DNA from: the human T2T-CHM13v2.0 reference genome, Homo sapiens
NCBI RefSeq assembly: GCF_009914755.1
Contig: NC_060925.1
Reading direction: 5' to 3' (one strand)
DNA: 64,000 bases
Shown here: piece after piece, positions 29,074 through 42,059 of the stretch
Numbering within the stretch: the first letter of the stretch is position 1
Layout: the number at the start of each line of letters is the position of its first letter
Made by a program: the position numbers and the translations under genes
The notes under the pieces: model-generated
The model's input: the letters and a program-made list of their open reading frames with translations, nothing else
What the model was told of the DNA's origin: nothing
Database searches by the model: none

Positions 29074-29170
29074 CTGTTACATTTAACTTTCTGCTTCAAG
29101 AACATGACACTATTATTCTTATTCAATAATACAGAAATGCAAGTTTATTAAAGCAAATGAAAAATTCTGA
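29074..29170 (-). pseudogene. Channel relic, repeat III, 97-nt exon at the pore position
   Basis: Acceptor ttttttaatttcaag and consensus donor CAG|GTGAGT. All three frames contain stops. Protein similarity is weak, so the assignment rests on position. Confidence 0.5.
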
Positions 29171-29979
29171 CTTGAAATTAAAAAACTAACAAAATTTATA
29201 TTATAAAAAGACAACAGTTATATTATCAAACACAATTTTTGAAATATACCAAAATTCTTTCAAGATACTTCGAATTGAAAATTTTTATATCATTTAAAGA
29301 AAAAATTATTAAACTATACATTTTTCAGGTATTTCTGTAAAAAATTATATATATATATGTATATATAATCTAGGCACATTACTTCTTTTGTTTCACATTT
29401 TTGTTTTTTTCTGATTACAAAAATATTTGTTATTAAAAGAAATCAAATCAGAAGTAGGTAAAATAGAAAGTGGTTCTGCAATTCCAGCCCCAAGAACAAG
29501 GACAAAGAATTACATTACATATTTTCCCATTTTTTAATTTTTGTATGTATAAATTAACAATAGAGTATGACAACAATAATAAATTTTGCTTCTCCATAAC
29601 ATATTTTTTTCAAACTGATATAATATTGGCAGTGATTTTTTAAGCTTACTATTTGGTATACCCTTCCATTTCTGTATATAAAAGATAAAGGAATTTTTTT
29701 TTTAAAGAATTGCACAACACCCCATTAGGTGAATATACATTTTCCTGTTAATGGGCCTTTGTGTTTTTTCCAATATGTGCCATAAAATACAGCACTATAC
29801 TCATTATTCTTGTAAATATAATTCTGAGCATTTATTAGAATGTTTTGTAAGTTAATTTCCAAGAATTATTAAGAAATATCATTCAGAATTATATTAAATA
29901 AATCTTCATGATATCCCTATCACTTTCAAATAATTAGTAACCTTTTGGGGAGATCACAATAACAAAAATTTGTAGTTCA

Positions 29980-30618
29980 CCTCTGTTTAAAGCACTTGCA
30001 TTTTGCTAACAGTTATTTTTAGATATCACTATGCAAGTTACATAGTGACTTTAAAAAAATTTTAGGAATCCCAGTTATTATAATTCACAATGGGCCTCTC
30101 AGATAGTCATAGGAAAATAATAGTGCTTAAGCCCGAGAGTAAAATTTTTGCAAGTTTTTGTCATAATACTTGTGTAAGTCTTAACCAGGCATCTAATACT
30201 GTTTAACATAATTTATGGGTAGGTGATTTAAGTCTTGGTAAAAAAAAATACGGATTTTCTATTTTTCCAGAAAAAAAATTATAATTTCCCCAGAAAGATG
30301 GTGAGATGGTTTTTACTTAGAAATAAACCAAATTGATAAGGCCTGAGTCATTAAGATAATACCAAGCAGCTCTAAACTTGATGTCTATTGTTAATTGGGA
30401 AATAACTAACCAGACTATTAAGGCATCTATCAAAAAAATTTTTACAAAAATATAAATAATAAATGCTTCCAAAGCTTTGCACATTCCAAATTGATGCAAT
30501 CAAAAGTCACATCTTTTATGAAGTAAGAATATTAAAGATTATTATTAAGGTTATAGTTGTAAATGTTTGCAATATTTGGCCTTTTCTATTTACTTCTGTG
30601 CAGAAAATAATTTTTAGT
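29980..30618 (-). pseudogene. Channel relic, repeat III, S1-S5
   Basis: CKALEAFIIYIFVKIFLIDALIVWLVISQLTIDIKFRAAWYYLNDSG (cf. DIxxxFRTAYxxxxG) and LGFLKFF*SHYVTCI at about 30025-30070 (cf. KF...HxxACIW). Confidence 0.62.
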
Positions 30619-30639
30619 CTGTGAAGAGTATATATTATA

Positions 30640-31050
30640 TAATCAGTGGTATTCATTAAGACTCTCTTCCAATATTTCTGGTTCTTTTTTTGAACACACT
30701 GTAAAAATACATTCTCTGTTCCCCATGCAATTAAATTAGGTAAGGTCATGAAACTTGACTTATCAGCAAAAGTCAAGCAAAAGTAATATACACCATTTCG
30801 TGGAGAAAAAAATTAAAAGCTGGTAGTTTTCCTTTCATGTCCCTCTCCCATCTCTTGTAAAATTAGTGCTTTTTAAAAATAGTTAGTGGAGTGTTCATTA
30901 GCTTGGATCCTGCTGTGAGGACATCACAGGTCAGGAAAAAGTTCCTTCTCTATGAACACTCAAGGGATGTGCAACTTGAGAAAGGATGTGTAAAAAGTGC
31001 AATTCTGATGTCACTTATCACTGCAGCATATGTCTAATCTAATAGATATA
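30640..31050 (+). mobile_element. MLT1I/J-like LTR
   Basis: ttaggtaaggtcatgaaacttg...ttcattagcttggatcc...ttatcactgcagcata. Confidence 0.55.
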
Positions 31051-31733
31051 TCTCTTTAAAGTAAAAATAATTTTTCATTTGATATTTGGAGAGTTGCTGG
31101 TTGATCATAAATAGAGTTAGCCAGAATTTATTCCTTGTGGTAAAAATCATATCTTCTAATTCACAGTTTTTATTGGCTTTACAGTACCGGCCATAAAGAA
31201 AAGAATAATTCAGAAGAATTCAGCTAGAAAATAATAGTATATATTTTTCAAAAATATGTAGAGGTTCTATAATTGAAATAAATCCCATGAAGTTAGGAAG
31301 CAAGCTGGTCTTATTCAAACCGTGTATCTCCTGAGCCTGGTATGCTTCCTGTAACATAGTAAAGGCTTAATAAATATTTGCCAAATATTAAACATCATAT
31401 GGTCATGAGTAAAAAAAAGGAAGTCAACTTTTTAATGGTAGATCAATAATCCCAATATTTTCCCACAATTAACCTTACTGTTTGTTGAGGCTGATTGAAG
31501 TTTTATAATTTAAATGAAAACACGGTTTATGTTTCTAGGAAATTTGATGTGAATGCACAATATGACATTTACTGAGAAGTTTTCTTTCATTATGACCCGA
31601 TAACAGTATTAAAAAAAAAGACTGGTAAAAAATGGTTTAAAGCTATATAAATTACTGCCACAGATGTCTTACCACCAGAACATACCAACCACAAGGAAAG
31701 AATGAAGAAAGCTACCACTAATTCTGTACCTAT

Positions 31734-32203
31734 TGTGAAAGTTGATCATATGAATTGGGTTATTCTTGTCATACCCAACTAAAACAGAGTTGAAAAGCCA
31801 GGAGATAAAAGCACTAAGGCACAAAACATTGCTCCAAAAATGTAACTCTCTGCAAGCTTGGCAGCTGAAACTGTGGTAACCTGGAATGAGTTTTACCTAA
31901 TGACCACTGACACAACCTGATGCAGTTCTCAGACTAGTTTTGCCAACATATGTCACCAATCAGAGCTTGGTGACACAGGTTGGCAAAACTAGTCTTTAGC
32001 TCAAAACCCTACTAGCACCAGTGAAATTTCTCAAATAGAAATACATTACATTTCTGCTTTTTATAGAACCTCTAGCCTTATCTTTGTTCTTCAGAGAGAA
32101 CACTTTTGATTCATGCCGGAGACTCTCCAGTTTGCAAACTGATATTGCCAATAAAACTCTCTTTTATAATATCTAGTCATCCTTCTTGGTCCTTTGGACA
32201 ACA
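31734..32203 (+). mobile_element. LTR47-like solo LTR
   Basis: tgtgaaagttgatcat...ttcttgtcatacccaactaaaacagag...aataaaactctc...ggacaaca. Confidence 0.7.
31931..31995. repeat. Inverted repeat: 29-bp arms, 7-nt loop, 2 mismatches
   Basis: agactagttttgccaacatatgtcaccaa-tcagagc-ttggtgacacaggttggcaaaactagtct. Confidence 0.95.
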
Positions 32204-32239
32204 TTTACACTACCAATTGTTAGCTACTTTTGTGAATAG

Positions 32240-32500
32240 TTAAGAAGTCATTTAACAAGCACATATTCTTTGTTTACTATGTGCCAGGCTTCATTCCATG
32301 CAACTTTCCATATATTATCTGAGCCAAAACAGCCACCTAATGAGATAAATATTACCAGCATCCTTTTACATAAAATAGGTACAGGGGAAAATAAATTTTT
32401 CAACTCACAGAACTATTAAGTTTAAAAAATGAGAATTTAAATCAAGTGTACCCAACTTATTAGGAATTACTTGTTCTCAAATTCCTTGCTTTTCCACTAC
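32240..32500 (-). mobile_element. MIR
   Basis: tttactatgtgccaggc...atgagataaatattaccagcatccttttaca. Confidence 0.6.
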
Positions 32501-34669
32501 TCTGTTCTGTCATTGAAGAAATTCATCAACTAATCTCTAAAGGCATTTTCTACGGAGGACATCTCTTATAAGGGTGAGCAATTGCTACTGCATATGACCT
32601 CACTTCATTCAATTTTATTTCAACAGTAATCGATGACAGCAATAAAAAGGAATAAAATATGGACTGTTCCCTAAGTGGCTGAGACTTTAGACATTCTAAA
32701 TTGGGTAATTTACATGGGTAAATCCATGTAATTGGGTACTAGAATTATACATTAAGAAATAAAATGAGACTCTGTTGTGTCTTACTAAAAATAAAAGGGT
32801 ACAAGTATCATATTTATTGTGTCATACTAGAAGTCCTATAATAATAAAACCTATCCTATAAAATAAAACCTTTGTTGTGGTTGGGAATTCACTATTTTCA
32901 AGAAAGATGTAAAGAGTCTTCATGATATCACCCCTAGTCCACAGAGAAATGTTCATGTCACATCTGATAATCTCCAATTTTGCAAAAGAGAGAACTGAAT
33001 ATCAGAGCTGTTAACTTGCCCTAAGACACAAAGTCATGCAGCTGATGTTACAACTATGTAATTTAATATGAATACATTTGTTTCCACTATGTCACACATG
33101 ATAAAGGGGCACCTATGGGACTGAAAAAGTTTATTTTCTGCCACAATAATTGAGGTCTTTAGGTTAGTGTAGTCCATAGGTCTATCAGTGGAACCTGAAA
33201 GTGGAATTGCTATTTAAAGGTACTCTGACGGAAATGACTTGAAAAAAATTGGATCACTTTTTAAAAGCCACACAGCATTGGTTATTTGCTATATAGAGGA
33301 TGCCACAGAATACTAAGAAAGGAGAAAGAGAGTTTTAAAATTCTGTGTTCCAGACATACAGAATTGTAGAGACACTGGGTTTTTCTCCACCCAGTATTTA
33401 ACTGGGTCAGTCTCACAAGCACAACTTTTCTGATTAAGAAAAAAAAAGTTGTATAAATTAGGTATAATATTATAACTAAAATGTTAAAGAAGGGAGTTAA
33501 GAAGGATTATCATTAGTCAACTTGTGCATTTTAGCTCATTTAAAGTTCATTTAACCCTATCATAAATGGCTGAAGAAAGACTGGATTAGAGTAATATGTT
33601 TTGTTTTGTTTCTCAACTAACATCCCATACATTTATACAATAATCTAAAGTAATGCCAAATAAATTTATTTATTTTCTGCATATTTGTAAAAATTGATTT
33701 AAAAGGGTGCTAAAGTTTATATTTCATTTAAGTTATAGCATACATAAAATCACCTTTTATAGAAGGATCTAAATTGATTTTGGAATAAATTGTCATTTTT
33801 ATTGATTACTTTTATTTAAATATATCTTTAAAAAGTAGATTGTAATTTAAATATCCTTTCAAAATTCAGGAATATTTTTCTTTTCACTCAGGAATCAAGA
33901 TAAGGCATTTCCTGTGCATAAACTTGTGAATTTCCTTATAGAAAACGCATTAAAGAAAAGCTTGACCCTCTAATCAAGCAGGATGTTCTTGAATCAATCA
34001 CATGTCCTGCTCAGCTTCATCAATTATTTCAACTTAATGCTTAAATGGTATTACAGGTGAATGTCAGATTTTTAGTGAATGTATTGCTTTCTGCATGTGA
34101 CTATTAGCTCCCATTTTTTAATCTCTGGAGTATAAATTTGGAATTTACCAATTAATTGACTAAGACAGCAGAATTACAAGTGGTATTATTTTCTTTTTAG
34201 AAATATTGTATTTTTATAGATAAATTTATTTTTATAAAGAACCATAAAGATACTCAGGATGGTCTCTACACATTCATTTTCTGAGTACCATTTTATGAGA
34301 CCCCCCTGCATGGAGAGGGAGCAAGACACAAACAAGGGATCCACTTAAAAGGCTGTGGGCTCTTCTCAGATGATGTGCCAGGGGAGATGTGATGGTAGCT
34401 TTCACTAGTGTGACAGCACTGGGGGTTCTAAGAAGTGGTTAGTTTTAGGTATATTTTATGTATAAGTGGTGCCAACAGGACTGGCTAGTGAACTGAATAT
34501 AGGGTGTGAGAAAATAAAAAGAATGAAGAATGTATTATGCTTCTGTATGCATTAACTTACTATATCTGTTAGAATAATTGAAATTGATAGTTTGCTTTTC
34601 CCAAGAATGTAGATCAAAGGAATCAGTACCAGGGGAGATGGCACTAAACACATACAAAAATATTGTTGC

Positions 34670-34880
34670 AATCTATAGATTGATTTAATTGCTTTACATA
34701 CATTATCATGTTTAATCTTCAGGCCATCCTATAAGGTAGAAAATTTTATTATTCTTGTTTAAGATTAGAAAAATGAGGAACAGGACAGTTAGTAGCTTGC
34801 ACAAGGTTTCTGTACAAGTGGCAGAAATTAAAACCAGACACTCTGTCTCCAAATCCAGGCTCTTAACCACTAGTTGGTAA
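34670..34880 (-). mobile_element. MIR
   Basis: gctttacatacattatcatgtttaatcttca...gcttgcacaagg...tcttaaccacta. Confidence 0.75.
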
Positions 34881-35474
34881 TGTTTCCCAAATATGTCTTA
34901 CTTATAGCGGTATTTGTCAATCAGAGAGAAGAGAAATTATTATAAATTTAATCCTAAGGTAGCATTTCTAAAGTCAGATCAAAATAATAAATTAAACAAA
35001 TTGAATTAAAATAGTATAAAATTACGGGACATTTATGATTCATTTAAAACTCAATATTCTCTCTAATATTCATAGACTATTACTTTTGGAGAGGAAACAT
35101 AAAAATTTGACAGAGGCTTTTTAATTTTTACTTCTAGCCTATGTTTAGCTTTGGTGAAATGCATTGCTATTTGAATGTTCATTTTTCTATGTGCCAAAAT
35201 TTCTATGTATGTTTTATTTATTTACATTTATTTAATAAAGTTCCATCTTATTGTTAAAATCTACTCTATTTTCATCTATCTCAAAAACTTACCATCTTTT
35301 TTCCCCTCATTTTGTTACTGTATAATAAAAAAGCTATATTTGCGATTCAGAAGAAAAGTATGAGAGATGATCTACAGGTGATGCCAAGAAGACTGTAAAA
35401 GCATTGATAACGGGCCTCCCTTTTAGGGGCTGTGACTGCATAATACAATGGGTCAAACAGCCAGTACAATTTTA

Positions 35475-35697
35475 ATTATTAATATTAAATAATATATTAT
35501 TTATAGTAATATTAATATTAAATAATATATTATTTATAGTAATATTAATATTAAATAATATATTATTTATAGTAATATTACTATAAATAATATATTATTT
35601 ATAGTAATATTAATATTAAATATTTAATTAGTATTAATTAAATATTAATTAGTATTAATATTAAATAAATATAAATAATATTTATAATATTAAATAA
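35475..35697. repeat. AT-rich minisatellite (33-bp period) containing perfect palindromes
   Basis: Unit taatattaatattaaataatatattatttatag. Perfect palindromes at 35552-35601 and 35573-35612. Confidence 0.92.
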
Positions 35698-37465
35698 GTT
35701 GAGTTGCGTGTGCCCATAAACTGGTGTGCCTTAGGAAAATTTGACTCACACATTTACTTCTAAACAAGGTCATAGCTTTCAATTTTAGGGTTATAAAATC
35801 TAATCTTTCTCACAAGTTCACAACTTGAGTACCCTAAATTGGATTCAATCTACCTAAATTTAAATCAAATCACCTTCAGCTAATCATCATCTGTGTCATG
35901 TTTAGCAGGATAACCTTCTTAAGCTACAATTATCTATTAAATTCTGAAAAAAATAAAAAACAGTACCTACCTCATATGGTTATAAGGTTTTAATGAGACA
36001 GTAGTTATTCTACAAGATTATTCATTTACACGATAATGGTTGTCTTTATTCTTTTACTACAGATCTGTTAATATTGCTGCTTGTTTGTAATTGTTAGTAT
36101 AATCAATCTAATTACATATAATTCCCAGATCAATTTTAATAATGAGGAATAGTAATGAAAGTGTACCTCTGTATTTTTCCTTGACTTTAATAATTTTTAA
36201 ATTATTTCATCATGGAGTAATTATTATATCATATTATATATGGAACTTTCCAACTATATCTAAGAAAGTTTCAGCCTACAATGAAAGTTGCATTTAGCCA
36301 AAGACTACGTTAATATCTAAAGATTATATTATATTTTTGTCCTTGACCTATTAATATGGTGAACTATATTAATACATTTCTGAAGTTTAAAGCATTCATA
36401 GACATAATTCACTTGTGTGTGTTGGGCCTTTCTTTTTAGCGCTGCTAGATTTGATTTGGTGATACCGAGTTGGAGTAGGGAGTGGAGAAATGAATGAGTT
36501 ACAGTTGAAGACTGAGAGACAGGCTGAAACTACATCAAATAGTAACTTGATTTTAGGAATTTAATATCTATTTAGAAGGAATTTTGCATGGAATTTATAT
36601 TTTAAGTGTGTACATTTTTAGAACATCTATTTTCTTTGATACATTATCCTCTCTCTTCTTTTTGGCCTAATGAACTTGCTTAGTTGACTGAGATAAGCAA
36701 TTAGAAAATTTCATAATGACCCCATTCTAAATCTAAGACCTCTCTACCCTGTACTCTGCCTTCTTCAACTAAAAATTAATAAAAATTCTCTGCTACTGTC
36801 TAAGGAAAATAGGGTTCTCAAGAGAAACATATTTTATTACCTGTTTCTTCAGGGAATTTGTTATTGCAATCAAATTCTTCATCCCTCGCACCTCACATCA
36901 ACTTTTTTTTTTATAACTTTCTACTGAAAGATTTCCAGATGGCCTATACTCCAAATAAACCACTCTTTAAACCACAATTCTCCCAATATTGTGAGATCCA
37001 AAGGCTATCAGTTTTGATTCATTGAAATCTCAGCACCATTCAAAACAATTTATATCCTTTTATTTCTTGAACAAATTCATTTACTTGGCTTCCAGAAAAC
37101 CATGTTTTTCTCCCTGCCAAACTTGTTCCTTTTCTAACTTTATATTCTCTCTTTACTCTCTGTTTGGCCCCTAAATGTAGCATTCTAGAGCTCAGTCCTT
37201 GGAAGTGTTCTCTTCTCCCTTGGTCTCAGGACTTTAAACACTACCCACGAGCTAATGCTGAGATTTTCCACTGAAGCTTCAGATTCATGATGCTAACTGC
37301 CGCCTTAGCATGTCTGCATGGATGTCTAATATGTATCATAAAATATGTATCATAAACACAGCATGCCCAAAATCCAACTCTTGATTTCTACTGCTGTGCC
37401 CCAAGCAAACTAGCTCCTTATCCAGTCTAACCAACCCAGTGAAGGGCAAAACTATTCAGGCTTAA

Positions 37466-37527
37466 AACCCAAGGGACATTCTTGGCTGCTTTTCACAACC
37501 CAAGGGACATTCTTGGCTGCTTTTCAC
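37466..37527. repeat. Perfect 31-bp tandem duplication
   Basis: aacccaagggacattcttggctgcttttcac occurs twice in tandem. Confidence 0.95.
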
Positions 37528-37710
37528 ATCTCACATTCAGTTCATTATTCAGTGTTGTTGATACCATTTACACTTAAAATCTAAAACTAATCACATCCCA
37601 CTATCCCTCGCACCACCCTGGCATCACTGAGCCACTGAAGCACTGTACTTCCTGTCAAGTGAAAAAAATAAATCAACTTGTATTAAGCCAATATCCCTGT
37701 GCTACCCTAG

Positions 37711-38051
<341 letters not shown>

Positions 38052-38132
38052 GCAGAGAGCTCTCTATTTGGTACTAACAATGTGTAATACTATAAATTCA
38101 TTTATTTTACATCTCTGTTCCCCTCAATGCTT

Positions 38133-38133
<1 letters not shown>

Positions 38134-38163
<30 letters not shown>

Positions 38164-38456
38164 TTTTTATTTTTGAGACAAGGTTTTGCTTTGTTGCCCA
38201 GGCTGTAGTGCAATGGCATAATCTCAGTTCACTGCAACCTCCACCTCCCAACCTCCAGTGATCCTCTTGCCTCAGCCTCCTGAGTAGCTGGGACTACAGG
38301 TGTGTGCCACCACACTCGGCTATTTTTTTCATTTTCTGTAGACATGGGGTTTCCCCATGTCGCCCAGGCTGATTTTAAACTCCTGAGCTCAAATGATCCT
38401 TCCATCTCAGCCTCCCAAAGTGCTGGGATTACAGGCATAAGCCATTGCACCAGGCC
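38134..38456 (-). mobile_element. AluJ
   Basis: Full dimer with flanking repeat cctcaatg. Confidence 0.92.
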
Positions 38457-39399
38457 CCCTCAATGTTTCCTAAACACATTTAGAATAAAATTCAAAGTCC
38501 TTATCAAATGTATGTATTCCGATTCCTGGATACCCTTTGGAACTTTCCTTTTCTAACAATATTCATCTTTGATCAAGCTGCCATAGCCATGCTAACTTCC
38601 ACAATGGGCCTTAAATACCCACATTTGCTCCCACCTCAGGGTCTTTATACTTACTTTCTTCTGCATAAACACTCTTCTTTCAGATTGTTGCATGACACTC
38701 TCTTACTCTCCCAATTTACTTAAATATCTATTAAAATATCAGTGACAGGGAGATCTTTCTTAATACTGTAAAAAGCAGATAGTCCCTACTTTGTTTTATT
38801 GAATTCTCCATCCTCAATTCCTGGAACAACTCCTGACATTTCAAAAGTACATGTTTCTGAAAGGATTAATAAATATTTGAAACAAGACAAAATGTACAAG
38901 GGTCAGTTTTGCATGTTATTTAAGTGTCTAGAGAGGTGTAGGGAGTAAAGAAGTTGGAGAGAGGTTAGAAGAGTACCTGAGAAGTAATTCCTTCTCTTAG
39001 AAATAAGGAGTGGATAAAATGTAAAATGTAATCCTCTTTTATGCCAGAGAAAATACAAATTGTAATATGTACAAATTATTTTGTTTTGTTTACAGAAGAT
39101 TAAAAAAAACATATCTACTGCACTTGGTAACATTGCATTAGTAAGCTATGTATGATGCTCTTTTCAATTTGCCTGACACTTACTTATTAAGAATAGGTGA
39201 GTCACATTTTCAAAAGATTTTTAACTTTGCCAGATTTCATTTCAGAATTCATTTAAATAAAGAGCAAACCTGCAAATTTGAAGTCTGATGTTTTTAACCA
39301 ATTAGTATATACAAATTTCTGGAATATGGAAGCATCATATACATGAATAAAAGTATGACTTTTTAAATGACTATAGAGTTTTTAACATGATGTATTATG

Positions 39400-39620
39400 A
39401 AGTACAATAAGCAAATGACTAAAAGTCAAGAATAACTTTATTTCAACCCTGTATGTACTGTGAGAGTCAAGTCATTTGAAATCTCTAAATCTTAATTTTG
39501 TCATGCGTACAAAGTAGAAATATAATAACATTTGGTCTGTTTAGTATTTTTTGAGATCAAATAAACCAAGGTAATGTATGTGCTTTAGTTAAAAAATGCT
39601 AAGTATTTCATATAAATGAA
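39400..39620 (+). mobile_element. MIR-family SINE
   Basis: caagtcatttgaaatctctaaatcttaattttgtcat...tgagatcaaataa. Confidence 0.55.
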
Positions 39621-40689
39621 AAGTCATTTTTACATAAAATTCTGTGGATCCATTTATGAAAATGAGATTTTGTCACATAGCAAAATGTATAAGCAAATAC
39701 ATTATTGGAAATGAGTTTTTCGCCAAAATAATCTACTTAACTATGTTTTGAGAAAATGTGCAATTTTTGTAAGAGGAAAATTCTGCATTCTCAGTCACCT
39801 GAAAAATGCGAAACTTGACTCAGAGCATGTAAAGCTTTATTTGTTTGTACAATGTTCAGCAAAGAAAGAAACGTCGGTCATTCCCTTTTAAAGATCTCAT
39901 TTTTTACCTGTCAAATGTGACAGAGTTCAATACACAATTGTTTTTCCACTGGGTCAGTTTCTTGGCTGAGGTGAGTAAGCATGCCAGGCAGAGTTGGACA
40001 GTTAAAGAATTAAAATGTCCCAAGTAGCATAGCAGAAAAGATTTGATATGTGGCTCCTTGAGAATTTAAACAGTGTAAAAAAAAACAGGTAATATTATTT
40101 TTAAAAATATTTACTTGGCTCAGAGTGGGGGTGATCGTGGAGATATAAACGGAACTACTAGAGGAAAGAAAGAATTGGTGAATTCTCCCTTGAATTAAGC
40201 GAAGTGTAGCTTAAGAAATGAAAAGCTCTGGAAGCGGCCTCATGTTAGCAGCTTAAGCAGTCACGTAGTTGGAGAAGAGGAAGGGGGTTAGCAATCAGTA
40301 AATACTCAAATATTTGTGAAATAGGCTCTATCAGAAAAATCTCAGAAACCAGCTGTGCCAGCAAGAAGCATTGGAAACCTGAGGGAATTCCGCTTTGTTT
40401 TAGTTTCTTTTGTGAAATGCCAATCAACAAAACATTATTAAAAGGCCTAAGAAATGGAAAGACAAATAAGGGTTCTTTTTTCTACAACCTACAAATCCTG
40501 ATGGAACAAGATTTTTTTTTTTTTAACCACCTAAGCAGATAGAGACAATTCAAATACTAGGCTGAATTTTAGTTTCAGCTGTGTTTGGAAAAGTATTACA
40601 TGGAATACAACACTGTACCAACTGACAAATGATTTCTCCCTTATTCAATAATATTCCTAAAAACTTAGCTTGATTGATTAATGGTAAGG

Positions 40690-40950
40690 TTAAGATGACC
40701 TCTTAATTATCTACTTCATGTTTAAGAAGGAGAAAGTGAAATAAGGAACCAATATAAAGCATTGATTTATATTTCTTTGCATGATGATAATGTTAAATTT
40801 TTTATGTTTCTTATTATAACAACTTGAGGTAAAACTTTATTTATGGGTTATCATTAAACTTCCAAAATGGGAATTTCTAAAGAATATTCTTGATATGGAA
40901 ATAATAAATGGAAGTATCTCTCCTTGTACAAATATTGGGATCACCCTTCT
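40690..40950 (-). pseudogene. Channel relic, repeat II, CNBD second half
   Basis: IFFRNSHFGSLMI with NSHFGS at 40858-40875 (cf. LxxGSxFGExxL), followed by FLLLKHEVDN*EVIL (cf. LxxLxKxDxxxVL). Confidence 0.45.
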
Positions 40951-40964
40951 TCCTTCTTTGACAA

Positions 40965-41330
40965 TTTCTTAACAATTTTAATAACCACTTGGAATACCTT
41001 CCCAATCCCCTGACCAAATAGTTCCATTTCTTCATATCTTCAAAAATCTTCTCCCATATGTAAATTCAGCCATCTACTATTATGGTTATGCCTTAGATCT
41101 TGTCATCACCAATAGCTGCACACCCACTGTAATCTCTACCTCAGGTATTCTTCTCTCTAAATAACAGCTCCAATCCTTTTCTTCTCTTCCTCAAATTCAC
41201 CTGCATTCACACTGTTTGATTTTCTGAATCTAACAATAATTCACCCTACCATGACCTGTTACCTATTGACACTACCATTTTTTTACTCTCAATTATCCCC
41301 CTTCACTTATTATTTTGCCTACCCTAGATA
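40965..41330 (+). mobile_element. L2 fragment
   Basis: ggttatgccttagatcttgtcatcaccaatagctgcac. Confidence 0.65.
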
Positions 41331-41817
41331 ACACTGTTCAACTTCTTAGTATGCTGATTTTCCTAATAAGGAAATTAAAGTAAGATATTTAATCCCTCTG
41401 AGCTTCAATTTCTCTATTATGAAAATCAGTATACCAATACAAAATCTGGATAAACCAAAAACCTTGACTCTTTCCTTTTTAACCGTTCCAACACAGTTCA
41501 AGAATGGCAAGTAGTAGCTACATCAAGCCTAGGTCCACATTAGAACTACCTGGGAGCTTTTAAAGGTACCTTGCTCTAATGTCTTGGCTCCATTCCTCCT
41601 GATGAGCATCTTTGTCCTCATGACTACTTCCAGATGTTTTTTGGAAGTTCTTAAATTTACTGTTGATTTAAGGACTTTTGGAAAACCTGATGAATTCTAC
41701 AAAACTCTTCTACAGACCTTGCTCATGGACACAAACTGTTGCTTACAACTTCAAAAAACATTTCAGCCATCTGAATCTTATACAGTGAATAAAGGTTAAG
41801 AACTTATGGATCATTAC

Positions 41818-41986
41818 CAGAGATTAACTGAAGTCTTGTGGGTTCCCAAATATTATACAATATTAGGAATCAATCTTAAATAATTCAAAATTACAAACAC
41901 AAAATAACAGGACCTTAGAAGAGCCTAGTGTAAGTGAGCGGCCCTGAAGCCTAAACATCCTTAGCTTCACAGTTATTCCATTTCTG
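41818..41986. mobile_element. Short hAT-type DNA transposon fossil (family not resolved)
   Basis: cagaga...tctg termini and aagtgagcggccctgaagcctaa...agcttcac motif. Confidence 0.5.
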
Positions 41987-42027
41987 ACTATAAATATGCT
42001 GTCTTCCAAATACTACCTTTCACACAG

Positions 42028-42059
<32 letters not shown>

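Noticed and set aside
29074-29170. RIIa/Dpy-30 dimerisation-domain-like reading (RIFHLL**TCISVLL)
   Set aside because: The resemblance is short, and the position between S5 and S6 relics favours a decayed pore exon.
32699-32738. Small hairpin ttacatgg-gtaaat-ccatgtaa
   Set aside because: An 8-bp stem is expected by chance in AT-rich DNA.
26521-35697. CRISPR-like reading of the 241-bp or 33-bp repeats
   Set aside because: These are head-to-tail repeats without unique spacers, in a mammalian context with no cas genes.
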